Origin: Azolla caroliniana
Taxonomy: Eukaryota > Plantae > Polypodiophyta
Direction: 5' to 3'
Assembly: GCA_043228905.1 (NCBI GenBank)
Contig: JBHGNT010000002.1
Coordinates: 6,200,001-6,264,000 of the forward strand
DNA: 64,000 nt
The notes beneath the pieces are model-generated. The model searched no databases and was not told the origin of the DNA. It saw nothing but the letters and a program-made list of their open reading frames with translations. Below are positions 22,501 through 35,340 of the stretch, in pieces (the first letter of the stretch is position 1; each line of letters begins with the position of its first letter). The translations under genes and the position numbers were made by a program.

Positions 22501-25500
22501 GCACTGTCAGTGCTCCTTAATATTGCTGTGTGTAACCAGGGATGGCCGAGTAGCATCGGGTAGGCACCAGGAGCATCCAATCGTAACACCACGACCAAAA
22601 TCGTGAATGTGTGGTCTCCAAGGATGAAGTCGAGGTGTCGGATTAACCCCATCGGCCTGACGGATCATGTATACGCCATCCGGAGTAGAAATGGGCATGG
22701 TTCCCATTTGGTAATGCCGAGAACTCGGCAAGTGGCCTTGCTGATGACATTGACCCTCGATCCACCATCAATAATGCAACCGTGAACATCCCGCCCTTTG
22801 ATAATGAGTTTTACGTGGGGTTCTGGGCATCCATTACTGATGGCCCTACATTCGTCTTGCCAATGTGCACGAGCATGGTCGTCTGATCTTTCCCGGTGGT
22901 CAAGGACACCACCGTGTCCTTGAACCGTGGAAGTAAATGTAGAAGCTCATTTAGAGGCATTGATATCTGGTAGCTGGTAAGTGCTTGGCAAGTTCAATGG
23001 TCGTCCAGAGAATCGGTGGGTGTTAGGAAAGCGACACACCGATAGTGATGTCCATCTCGGTATTCATGCGATCGACGTTTGTGTTATTAGCTTTCTCGAT
23101 CCAATCCTTTGCAGCTTGCCAAACTTCATCCTAGACTTCCCATTGCGTGTGTTGTGCCTTGGTTCTTGTTGTAACATGATATTTATTGCGGGTCCTTTGT
23201 TGCAATCATTGACCGGACACTGTGTGACATAATGCCCTAGTTCATTACAGTTAAAACACGTGACTAACACCGAGTTTCTTGATTCCCCTTGCTCGAATTG
23301 AGTTGTTTGATACAGTCGGGGGGTTTCTACTTTGGGTGGCGCGACATACTACTCTGCTCGGTGGGAGTCACCCAAGGCTCGGTGTGGGAAGGCGGTCGAC
23401 GATGTTCTGGACGCGGTGGGTCCCGACGTTGATTATCTGGAGGTCGTCGATTATTTCTCGATTGCTGATGACCTCGATTATGTTGGGGAGGCCGGTGATC
23501 GTGCCTTTGGTTGGAACGATGTCTTGGTTCGTAATTGTCGTTCCGATCGTAGTTGTATCAGTAGTAGTCCTTCACTGGTCGATAACGATCCTCCTTAGGC
23601 CGATAACGATCTTCCTCGGGCTGGTACCGATTGTCTAGCCGATAGCGATCCTCCTCGGGCTAATACCTATCATCACTCGGTATCGATCGTCGTACTGGTG
23701 TTGTGAAGATCTGTCACTACGTGCGGATCATGAGGCGGAACCGTTGGGGTTCTAGACCGGAAGGATTCAAAGTTTGCACAAGCTTTAGCGAGAAAGTATT
23801 TAAGATAGATTGAAAGAGAGAGAGAGATTGAGATAAGATAGAATGCTTGACTTTAGATTGAGAGACAAGATTAATACATCACAAAAATGGAATAACGGAT
23901 TTTCTTCCTCTTAATTTCTTGATTAATACATAACCCATTTTTCCTCTCTATCCACTCTTTTATAGATGCCTCCATGCATATAATGCTTGTGAGGGTGCAA
24001 GACATGCATGAGATGCATATTTGCCATTTGGTGCTCATGTATTACATGTGATGCATGATAACCATGTCACTCAATCGAGCTCTAACATGAAAGTTTACAT
24101 GTGAAATCATAATGATAGTAAACATATTTCTAAAGACATGACTTGGCTTAGTGGTACGTTCATTGCCTCTACCTTGCAGGTGCAAGGTTCAAGCCTTGCT
24201 TGCATGCCTTTTTTAATTTTTATTTCAAATTTCTAATAGGTTTTTTAGTCTAGATGATTTTGTTCGTTTCACACCGAAATCTTCGCGATCAATTCGTCTT
24301 ATATAACCCAACCCTTTTGTGCTCCTAGCATTTAGATAAAATATACAGAGATAGGGCTCTACTTATATACTCTTGCATCCTGATGTTGTCCTATCTATGT
24401 GGGATATCTCACAATTTTGTTTTTCCCTTCTTCTTCTCAAACTTCACATTCAGATAACTTGCCATTTAGTTGTCCATTTCAAATGTAGTAAAGTACATTC
24501 AGAAGCTCTTGAGGACCTCCATCTTTTTGAGCCAAGATATTAAACTAGTATAAAATAGTATCTTTACTACTATTGTTTTATGTTGTGTGTGAAGAACCAC
24601 ACTCGATTTTGTACATTCCATTCAATTTTCACACCATTGGCGAAAATCTTTATGACATCGGGGTCGCTCGGCTTCCCGAAATCTAGGCAACGGATGATTA
24701 CGATCCTCCCGTTGAGGACGATCGTGGTGGGGTTTGATTTGGCGTATCGGGGTGGTGGTTGTGCGGTTGAGCATATTATATTTGCATTGTTCTATCGCTT
24801 GTGCCTGGGAGTGGCAAATCGAGTAATGTGGTCGTAAAGTGCAATCCATGGCCAAGTGGCCGGAATTCAAGCATGTCGTGCGTTGTAGCACCTACCGAAA
24901 TTGGGTTTCTTCTGTGTCGACAAGGAGGTTTGGAGCGAGTCCATAGAAAAAGATGTACTATTTTGAGCTCTATCCAAATCGAGGATGCGGGGAACCACTT
25001 GCTTGATTGTTTGCTAGGAGAAGTTTGTTAAGGTAAGCGTTGTGCGAAGACGCTCCCGTAATCCTATGAGGAATGTGTCGTTGAGATGATTTGCGGACAC
25101 ATCTTGAGCGAGCTAACGATAAAGATCCTGGAAGCGGATCATGAACTAGGAGACCGTTTGATTCGGCTCATATGCGATTGCATAGAACCGGTGAAGGAGT
25201 TCTTGCTTGGGTATTTCTTGATGGAAAAGGTCAAGGAATTGAGGATGTCCTGAAACGTTGCAAATTCCCCGAGATCATGGCGGGGATACCATCTTGTTGC
25301 GGGTCCATTGAGAGACAATGTAAACTCCGCGATTTTGGACGAGTTTGCCTTGACAGCAGTCAGAAGTTGTGTTGAGTGGTTGGTTTGCCATGTCGACAAG
25401 AATGGGCAGATGTGTGATTCGGCGTCGAGGCCATCCGTGTACCGCTGATATGGATAGGACATGGTGTCAAAGTTTGGATCTTCGGGTAGCACCGAGAATG

Positions 25501-26309
25501 GGTTGTATTTCTCCTGGTTGACTTCGGGGGGACTGTGTGGCGAAACGGGGTCAGAACCCACGTGCGACTGAGTGTCTACTACTGGTGGCGGAGAGTGGTG
25601 CGACTCAGATAGCTCCGACGATGATTGTTGTGTGAGCGTGGAGTTGCAAGTGCCCATGGCGGGTTCGTAGCCAAGAACGTATGCTACAAGTGGGTGTCGT
25701 TATGGTGACTAGGATTTCCTCCTATGCGTTGTTTGTTGTGATCTCACAACGTGAACCGGGCATGCCAAATTGTGTTATCCCCTTCTCTTGGATACACCTT
25801 CCATTACTCCCCTGAGTAATCGGGTCAAGGAATTGTGGCTACGTAGGGGACTTAATATAGGGCCGAGTAGGCCCGAACAGTTACACGATAGAAGATCAAG
25901 ATCGATTTGCAGTTATGACTTATAAATAATAGAATTGAATGTAAAGATTAATATGAAACAGACACAGAGGTGACCCCAAAAAGTATTGGTATTGATTACT
26001 GCATATATCGGTTACAAAGACAATACAAGCTAACTATATATCGGATGCTTTCACTCGATACAACATACATATAGTTGTATTCTCCCCCCCCTCTCTTCTG
26101 CTACTCAATTGATTTATATATACCCTATTCTTTCTTTGGCATGATTCAACTACTCTCTCCTGATTCTTGGCCTTTATTCCCAGTTGTTTGTATTCCATTT
26201 TACCTTCCTTGGTTGTCGGTGCTCGGGTCAATTCTCCTTTTCATACTGACCTACTCGTCTCCTTTTTAAGATTCGTTTCACACCTCGTGCCTTTGTCCCA
26301 CGGATAACA
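22500..26309 (-). mobile_element. Decayed non-chromoviral gypsy (Tat/Phygy-like) 5' part: LTR 25773-26309, PBS, gag, protease; interrupted near 23702-24633
   Basis: LTR TGTTATCC..GGATAACA; PBS TGGCATGCCCGGT on the minus strand after a CAATT spacer. Gag KIAEFTLSLNGPATRWY; zinc knuckles CLNSGHLAMDC and CFNCNELGHYVTQC; protease IIDGGSRVNVIS. Confidence 0.8.
23702..24633. mobile_element. LTR-like insertion inside the gypsy gag
   Basis: Begins TGTGAA, ends TTCACA, has a (GA)n tract and splits gag-like sequence. No clean TSD found. Confidence 0.4.
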
Positions 26310-26339
26310 CTCACCTCTCCCTCCCCCCCTCTCTCTCTT

Positions 26340-27234
26340 TAGTGTAATGTCATAGTAAAATTTTATGTTAGTGTCATGTTTTCGTCATATAATTTCCCGA
26401 ATATACGTTTTATGAGTTTTTGAACGTTTGATTATAATTTGTAATGACATATTTTGATTCAATCTCTATAATTCATACTCATTTTTTTGTAAAGTTCTAA
26501 AGGGAAGAAATTGATACCTTCACTAGTTGCGAGATAAGAACATCGATAATTGCAAGATGAGCTCATCATCAATACAATTATGTCTTTGAATTACTTGATT
26601 TTTATGTTCGTGCTTTCTAATGTTTAGTAGTTAAGTAATTTGTAAGTTTTGAACTTTCAATTGTGTTGACATTTGATTCAATCAATATATAATATAGACC
26701 ATAGTCATTTTTTGAAATTCCAATCTTTTTTTTCCCAACGTATAAATCCAATCCAACTTTGAGATGATTTACCATACACGTTTGGTTGAATCATTCTCAA
26801 ATGCGAATGCACATATGTTTCGTATGGTTCTTTCTATGCATATATGGATTTGAAGTTTGAACTCTACTATATGGATTTTCGTTATCACTCCAAAAAACAT
26901 TTATCTTTTTATGTTATATCTTATCATTTTCCACAAACTAGTAATTTTCAGAAAATGTGGTGTAAATTTTTGTTTATTTTATGATGTTCTAGAGTCTTTC
27001 GTTTGGTTCAATTTATAGTTCCATTTTGGTTGGATTATGTCAAAAACAGTTTGGTTTGGTTCTAAATTTTTCGTAAACGGTTTGGTTTCTCCTACTTTTA
27101 AACGGTTCGGTTTAAATGGCTTCAAAAAATTTAAACGGTTTGGTTCGGTTTTTATTAATAATGAATAACTAGTTTGGTTTGGTTTCAAGGTCAAGAAACC
27201 GAATTGAACCTAAACAGAATTGTGCCCATCGCTA
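26340..27234. mobile_element. hAT-like DNA transposon terminal remnant
   Basis: Dense subterminal GGTTTGGTT/CGGTT repeats at 27000-27215, ending in GTGCCCATCGCTA (rc TAGCGATGGGCAC, resembling a TAGGGATG-type hAT TIR). Confidence 0.5.
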
Positions 27235-27239
27235 CTTGT

Positions 27240-28856
27240 TGCGATGGACAATGGCACTATAAGATTATCAATTTACCCTCTCCTATCAGAAAGGTGTAAC
27301 CAATTTGGTTGCTAATAGTCTCTCGTGTGCTGACATCCAGGTTGTCCAATTTTTCCCTGAGCCATCCAGACTTCTGCTACCGATGCCACAACTCACTACA
27401 CTTCAACAACATGACCCCGCCATCCAAGAGATAACCATCAATTGTGCTCCCTCCAACTATTTCCCTCACAACAATGTTCATGCTACGCAATAAGTTAGTG
27501 TTCTTCATTTAGGCGCATCATGAGCCTCTCCTCTACATCCCTCACGCCCTACAACAAATGTACCTCCAATTTTATCATGACCACCCATTGTCAGGCCATT
27601 TGGGTTTCCACAAGGTTCTCGAAAAATTACGCCTCAAGTATTATTGGCCCAACATGTGGCACTCTGTCTCTGCCTACATCAAATTTAAATGTGCTTTGTG
27701 TCAACACATCAAACCTGTAGGCAAGCCCGTTGGAATGCTCCAGCCCATCACCATCACATCACCTTTCAAGCTTGTCGGATGGGATTTCATGGCACCTTTT
27801 ACCGAAACCTCTAGGGGCAACAAGTATATCCTGGTCATAACCGAATAGCTCACTAGATGAGCTGAAATCGTTGTCATCCCTGATGTCACTGCGCCAACAA
27901 TTGTCTCCCAACTTTTGCACAAGGTAATTTTTTAGCATGGTTGCCCCGTCCAACTATTATCTAATTAGGGCCGCCAGTTCTATGGGGATGTCCTCAACGT
28001 TGTTGCAGGTCAACTAGGTGTCCAACAGGTTATTACATCCCAATACCATCCGCAGACAAATGGTCGCATCGACCACCTCAACAAGACCCTCAAGTCAAAG
28101 ATTGCTGCTTACATCAATCCATGCCACAAAACCTGGGATTAAATCTTGCCTTTCGTCACCCACGCCTACAATACAGATTCCATTTAGGCGTCAACACGGA
28201 TCAACCCTTTCTTAGCACTCTATGGGTGTGACCCTCGACTCCCACCAGAATCGTCCATTGACATCCATTCCAAACCGGACAACATGGATAGTGCTACTTG
28301 GGGGCTCTACTCCAACAGATGCACCCCCTTCTTCAATAAACCAGCTCACAAAACCTGCAAGTCGCACAACAACGCTAGAAATGGCACTACGGCGTGGGTC
28401 GAATTACCTTGACTTATGTTGATGGAACCGAAGTCCGTGTTTACTTCCTGGTCCAGTGGCACGGTGTCAGCGAATCCCTTATGCACTGATCCATCGGCTT
28501 GTTCACTATAGTTTGTGCCATCAAATCCACTACTTGCTTCGACGCAATTCCAATCGTCGATTCATCGCCACCCATGTTGCCCGCATCAAGCCCTATGCCA
28601 CCCTAGACATATCTTCTTGCACCCGTCCGTTCACCATGTAGTAAAATTCCTTGTTTCTCTTGGGGGGGAAATGTGGTGTCCCTTTGGTGCAAGTGCATGC
28701 CTTCATGTCGTGGTGTACAAGTGTTCCTTTGTGGCACCCTTTTAGCACGCATGTAGCTAAGCTAACCCAAATGGGTACCTTTGTATCTACTATAAATTGA
28801 GCAAGAAGTAAGAAGCCAAGCAAGTTGGTTTTGATCCTCTTTATGTACATTTCACA
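27240..28856 (+). mobile_element. Decayed Ty3/gypsy integrase with PPT and short 3' LTR (28672-28856)
   Basis: HHCC YHDHPLSGHLG...YYWPNM...CALCQ, core GNKYILVITE...YHPQTNG. G-run PPT at 28662-28671 followed by TGTGG...TCACA. Confidence 0.8.
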
Positions 28857-31800
28857 ATATATATATGGTGTAATGATTTTTAGATGGTGTTAAGGATGAA
28901 GTAGACAGCTAATATGTATGAGATAGAAAGATAACGATTGTATGTAAGTTTGATTTCTCTTTGTGTGATAATCGTAAAACCAGAGTTAAATTTACATTAG
29001 TTTTTCAAACAAGGGTAGAATTTATCTTTCAAAAGTAGGAATGATAGTATTCTTTACCCTTAATATGACAAGCCTTTTTTAAAGTGGTTCTATATATAAA
29101 GCAATAAGCACATGCTATCGTGATTGGTATAAGTTTTACTCCTAAAGTAACAACATCTGGAGAGTTAGATTTTTTTTATCTCAAATTCCAAATTAACTAT
29201 TTTCGAAGTGTCATGAATCATATCATGCTACAGTTGTGATGCAAACCTTTTGCTTATTGCCATCAACAAATTAAGAAAAGTTGCACCACATTTACATTCT
29301 TTGTTTCTTTTTGGTATGATGATGAATGTCCTAGAAAACTTAAGAGTTTTACCATTTAGTATATGGAAAAGTACATAAGTAAGAATGAGGGTCTCTTTTT
29401 ACGAGTAATTGGTAGGTGAGTTTAACCTTAAGGCAAAATCATGACCAAAATTGTCAAGATTTTATGCTTGTGTCCATGACCTATCCATGACTCATGTTAC
29501 ATGGATTGCACATACATGATACATTCATGGCCATTGATGGCCAATGTATCAAATATTCGTGACTCATCTATCGTATTTGAATGACCCATCATCATTGTGG
29601 GTAACACATTACATATACATGTCCCATTAAGAGCTTCAATGTTAATCGTCATAGTAATATATAACTCATCCAAATGTCATGCTTGCAATTGAGTTTGGAT
29701 TCCAAATCATGGTCATAATTTGGGCACTCATTTTTTGAAGAACTTATCCAAACTACAATAGAAAACTCATTTTGTTAAACAATTAATATTTGAAAGGTGG
29801 TAGCCAAACATATAGAAGCTTCCAAGAGACACTTCTCCAATTTGGGGTTACACTTAATACATTACCATTGATCATAGTGAGATTTAGCTTAGATTCACAG
29901 TGGCCGCGCTAATTACGACACCATTAGAAAGTGCAATGGTAATCATACAATGACCCATGTATGTTTCTTATGTGATTTAGGTCATCTTCAATAATAATTA
30001 GGAAAAATGAATCATGAGCTCGATTACACCAAAATTTGTTTTTTCATTTCTGAGGAAGAATGCATTAATTTCAAGGGTCTCTTTTCATGATAATTTCAAA
30101 TCAAATATGAGCTCGGAATTAAGACAGAACGCAAGATGAATGAGTTTGGTCCTTGTGTTCCACAGTAGAGTTCCGGGCTATTTTCTCCGGGACAATTTTC
30201 TCGCGACCGCTGTTTGAAATATTAGTGAGTTTGAGCTAGGGCTTATGGTCTTGCAAGTAATCTGAATTTAATCTTCTTCAGGCCTCAGTGATCGCGGGAT
30301 AGTCTTAACCTTGATTGATATGTCTTAAGCTAGTTCTTTTCGGCATTATAACTAAGATGTAACGAAATCATCGACATAAAATGGTTGGGTCGCTAAATAT
30401 TGAAACATTTCAATGTCTTTGATGTGTTCTGAATCTCATCTTCTCTATATTCTGAGATCATCCTGAATGCAGGCATGTAAGATGAGCACTGATGCTAGAC
30501 ATGCACTAAATCAACCCCAAAGTAATGGCAATGGTGAAGAGGGGGAAGCAGACTACCCCTACAGGATGCAATCGAAGATGATTTCCGAAGATTGACATGT
30601 GTGCTCACAATACACAACGACACTAGACTAGACATCATGTGTCTAACTAGAAGATCAATCGGAAATGCCTAGTGGAAGTCCGTAAACCTTCGTGCCGCAA
30701 GTTACCAAACTCTTCATGAGGACACTCATTTCTCAAACCTAAATCCTCATTGCTTTCATTGGCAAGATGGAACATGTAACCGCTAAAACCTATAAACGAT
30801 AATCATCTACCATCCAAAGTCCTCGTAATGTATGTCACTAAATCCGAACATGTCACTAATCTATCATCTGCTCAGTCATGTCGCCAAAACCGAACATGTA
30901 ACACTTGACATCATACATTATCCATCCTAATTATGAGTCTTGATAACCCCATTGTGAAAGTTCCTTATTTACAGAACCCCTCCTTAACCCTTGTGCCAAA
31001 CCCGATAATGCAAGACAATACATTAAATAAACACAAATTATTCCCACCCTAGCTCGAGAAATTCAAAACCACTCTTAGAAATTAGTGAAGGCCTCATTGC
31101 AACGTTGATGAAGACAAATCCATGCAATGATTGGTTGAATCTCAAACTCCTTTAGGCAAAGGATAAATGTGGTTGCACAATGCTATGTTGAGCAATTGGT
31201 TTTGCAATCAATGTTGGATTTGTGTTTTTTAGAGCACATCCAAATGGTACAATACGATGAGTTATGTGATTCTACATGTCAAATTTACTTGTTCTTGGTC
31301 AAGGAACAAAAACATAGTGCAAAAACTTTAGGATAGACCATGGATGCATTGTGTAAGGGTCATGGATATGTCACAAGGGTTATGGATGACGATGATGATG
31401 TTTTTTTCTGCCTCGTTCATGGATAAGTCATGGATGGTCATGAATGTATCACACAAGATTGGGCTATGGAATATCCTTTTTTCCCGGTACATCAATAGAA
31501 TACTCATATTGGGTCATAGAGGGCCAGAACTTAGGTTGAAGGGAGCCTCATAGAAGGGACCTTGAGGTAAGCTACTTAAGTTTCTTTTTATTAGTTAAAT
31601 TAGGTGGTTGTTAAATCTTAGTTTCACTATGTATAAGTTCAATTAATCTAACAAGATTGTAAGACAATTGCCTGAAATTAGGCTCATGACATTACCTTTC
31701 CAACATCAATAGTCATAAGTTAGACCTCACTCATTTAAGATAAGACCGAACAGCTTATGAGAATGTGAATAAGAGGAAACAACATTTGAGCCTCACATAT

Positions 31801-33237
31801 GGTTTCTCCTTATGACACATAAGAGTAAATGGAAACAAGTCTTAATGATAAATAAAAGTTGTATAGGGGACAAGGCTATTACGAAGGGAGTCGAAAGTTG
31901 ATTTAGATGAATTAAAAGGTATTGTAGTCATTTCAAGGGTGTTGTAACTCCCCACCTTTTACATATATTTCTTTTAAGAGGTTATCATATGAGCTGTTTT
32001 TACAACTTTCATATTGAATTAACATTTTCAAATCGTACCAATCTATCATGCACCCTTCCACCCTTGCATATTCACACTTGATATAAGGTACAACATGTAC
32101 AATTTTCAGTGATTAAATGAAAACATTCATTTCCAGATGTCAATAATGCCAAGTTTTATACGTTACATTAAAAAATACTAGTGTGCATTTTAGTCTATGC
32201 TAGTTTATTTCAATCATTTAAATTTCTTAGTTTGGATAACTCATGTATGAAGAGGAAAATGTATCGAAATTATTTTGTAAGCAAGTTTTACTCCATGAGC
32301 TCACATGAATTTATATGCAAACATAAACTAGCAAAAAATAATAAGTAGCAATAGCAAAGGGCTTTTGATCGATTGAAAGGAGAAGAGGGTGTATAAAAGA
32401 TTGTGGAACCCAAGCATGGAGAAAACCTAGCATTTAAAGAAAAACCTCTAGAAACAAACATAATCCTAATGCTAAACAGGGGGGTGAAAAGCATAAGCAC
32501 AAGCATAGACAAAACTAACCCATGACCATCGCATTGGCAATAGAGCATCAACCCAACAAAATTAAAACAACTAGTAGATATTGTATACCAAAAACACAAC
32601 CTTGAGTGAGTTTGCTACTCATGACCATGAATGCCCACAAAGCATTGACCAAAAACACTCAAAACGATATACAAGGTAATATATATCTCAAAAAACACAA
32701 CTCGAGCACGTGAGATTTGGTTTAAGTGTCGTGCTTCAAGTAATCTTTAAAAAAACAATTCAAAATGGCCAATACATATATATCCAATAAGAACAATGCA
32801 ACCATAAGAGCAACATACTCAAAAACTTACAAACATAATATATTTATTGATTAATGTCTTTTACAACACACCCATCAAGAAATAAGATTGCCACACTATA
32901 GAGGTTAACGTAGCATCTAGATGTATGCATGATTGTTGTGCATTCCATGGAGAAAAACCGTGATAACCTAATATGATCTTCATCTCTGCTTTCTTCATGA
33001 ATGGAACATTACATTTTTTTTCAAATAATTTGATCAATAAGTTTAATATAAATGTGGTTTTCAATAAAATATGATGATACTTCTTGAATCAATATTAGGC
33101 ATTGGAATAGTGCAAGATAGCTTTGCACCGTTAGTTTGTAGAAATACCAATCAAAAGAAGAATAAGCCTAAGAAGAAGAAAGACTTTGTTAGGCATGTCA
33201 TTTGGTTATTATAAGCATTACTTTGTTGAGATATGAA

Positions 33238-33460
33238 TGTGAATCTGAATGTAGATGTGGATGTAGATGTGAGATGTAGATGTGGATGTAGATGTGAGAT
33301 GTAGATGTAGATGTAGATGTGGATGCCATCTACATATAATATGTGGATGTGAAATGTAGATGTGGATGTAGATGTGAGATGTAGATGTAGATGTGGATGC
33401 CATCTGCATATAATATGTGGATGTGAAATGTAGATGTGAAATGTAGATGTGGATGTAGTC
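33238..33460. repeat. (ATGTAG/ATGTGG)n hexamer microsatellite
   Basis: Directly visible tandem hexamers with a higher-order duplication. Confidence 0.9.
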
Positions 33461-33679
33461 TATATATGAGTTCATGCAGCATACAAATGTGCGTGCATGT
33501 GTGTGTGTGTGTGTTTCAAAGGAAAATCACAACAAAACATATTGTTATAGCTTAAAACGTTAGAAAATCACCATAGTTTAAAAAAAGTTAAGGGTCATTG
33601 AAAAAAAAGACGAGGCAAGGGTGGGATAGAACAAGTTGGGTGGTTCGATTTCAATGCAAAACATACCACACATTCCAGA

Positions 33680-33687
33680 TGCATTTA
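33680..33687 (-). promoter_or_regulatory. L1 box (TAAATGCA), candidate HD-Zip IV binding site
   Basis: TGCATTTA on +, ~480 bp upstream of the PDF1-like ATG. A variant TAAATGCG lies at 33735-33742. Confidence 0.35.
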
Positions 33688-34162
33688 ACACAAAACATTG
33701 CAAAATGATTCAACACAACATGAAGAAGGGGGAATAAATGCGTGCGCGAGGAGGGTAACCAAAACATATGTGAGGAGGGTTACCAAAATGGTGTTATGCC
33801 CACCTTCACAATTAAATAACGGCGAAGTTTTTTAGGGAATTTCGAGTGATTAGAGGAGCTTTCAATACAATACTTTTCCGGGTTGCATAACCTATAGATT
33901 CGTACAAGCAATTCACATTCAATGTGCCAACGAGGTTCCGTATTGTTTCCTTTTTCTTTTAAACTTTTTACCGTGGACCCTCCAAGCCACCTCCACATGA
34001 GCTTCTCGCTCTCGCTCTCTCGGCCCGCCCTTCTTATACATGAGCCTCAGACCCTCTTGCAACATGAGAGTGAGCTAGCTTATCTATAGTTGTAAGTTTG
34101 TCACCTTAAGGTGAGGGCACTCCAACAAAGAAGGAGAAGAGTCTAGGGGGAACCTAGTGGAC

Positions 34163-35340
34163 ATGGCCTACAATGTATCTTTCATTCTCTTGGCATTACT
34201 CGCCCTCTCCGCACTTCATCCTGCCGTAGCTCGCCGATCTGGTCGGAAACTCGGCTTGCTCGACTACGTCCCTAAGCCAAGTTCGGGGTTTTCTCCTAGC
34301 TCTGGCTCTTCTCCCATTGTCTCAACCCCTAGCTATGGTTCCACCCCTTCTGGGTCTGGTTCTTCTCCCATTGTCTCAACCCCTAGCTCTGGTTCCAGTC
34401 CATTTGGCTCATCTCCTACCTCCGGGTCTTCGCCTATTGTCTCGAGCCCCAGCGTTGGTACTCCCTCGGGCTCATCTCCTATCTCCGGGTCTTCTCCCAT
34501 TGTCTCCTCCCCTTACTATGGCTCTCCCTCAACCCCATTTGTGAATCTGCCTCCCATTCTCGGTCATGTCTATGGTGGCTATGGATCTCATAGCGGTACT
34601 GGAACATGGGGGTAAGTGCGACGAATTCGCTAATTTCTCATCTTTTCTTTTGTCGATATGCATTATCGCACTCGGCTAAAATACAATCCATAATATCATC
34701 ACAAATGCATAGATCATTGCTTGACACAATGCATAATATCATTACAAATGCACGGATCATCGCTCGAAGTTTGCGAGCCACAAACCTTATAATGTCAAGC
34801 GATAGCTTCGTGATTTACACCATAGCATCAAAGTCATAAAATTGAGAGAACCCAAAGGTCAAGCCTTGGCCTACACCCCATAGATAGCAATGGGTCTCTC
34901 TAGAATGTTAAAAAAAGCTATCTATGTATTTAGGCCAATCTTGGTGTGTCTTAGAAGAATAATAGCTATGTCTAACGAAACCATGTCGTGCCTTACTATA
35001 TTGTGATGGACAATGCAGGTTCTGGAATGCTAACCCGAACAATATCCCAAAAATATTCTCTTTGATTTCGTCAATAGTCAAGATCTTCGGCCCTCGCCTT
35101 CTCAAGTTCTATGGCCCCAGGCATGTCCCTTCGCTCTATGAAGCTCTCAAGGACATCGGCGTAGATCCTTTGTCCGCATTAACTCGTGAGGCCACTGCGT
35201 CCCTCATCAACTCCTATGCTTACCCGGATTTCCCTCTCTCGCCCTTCGATGTTGTTGTGCAATACAACAATGCTCTCGAGTCGACCGACTTTATTTCATC
35301 GCAAACCTTCAACTTCCAACAATACAATGAAGCGGTCTAA
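34163..35340 (+). CDS. PDF1: PROTODERMAL FACTOR 1-like secreted Pro/Ser-rich protein (256 aa, 2 exons)
   Basis: Exons 34163-34611 and 35019-35340 (GT-AG, phase 2). Signal peptide, SGSSPIVS repeats, and a PDF1-type C-terminal domain GT..FW..NP...SLYEAL...DPLSALTREATASLINS...FP...F..YNE. Confidence 0.85.
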
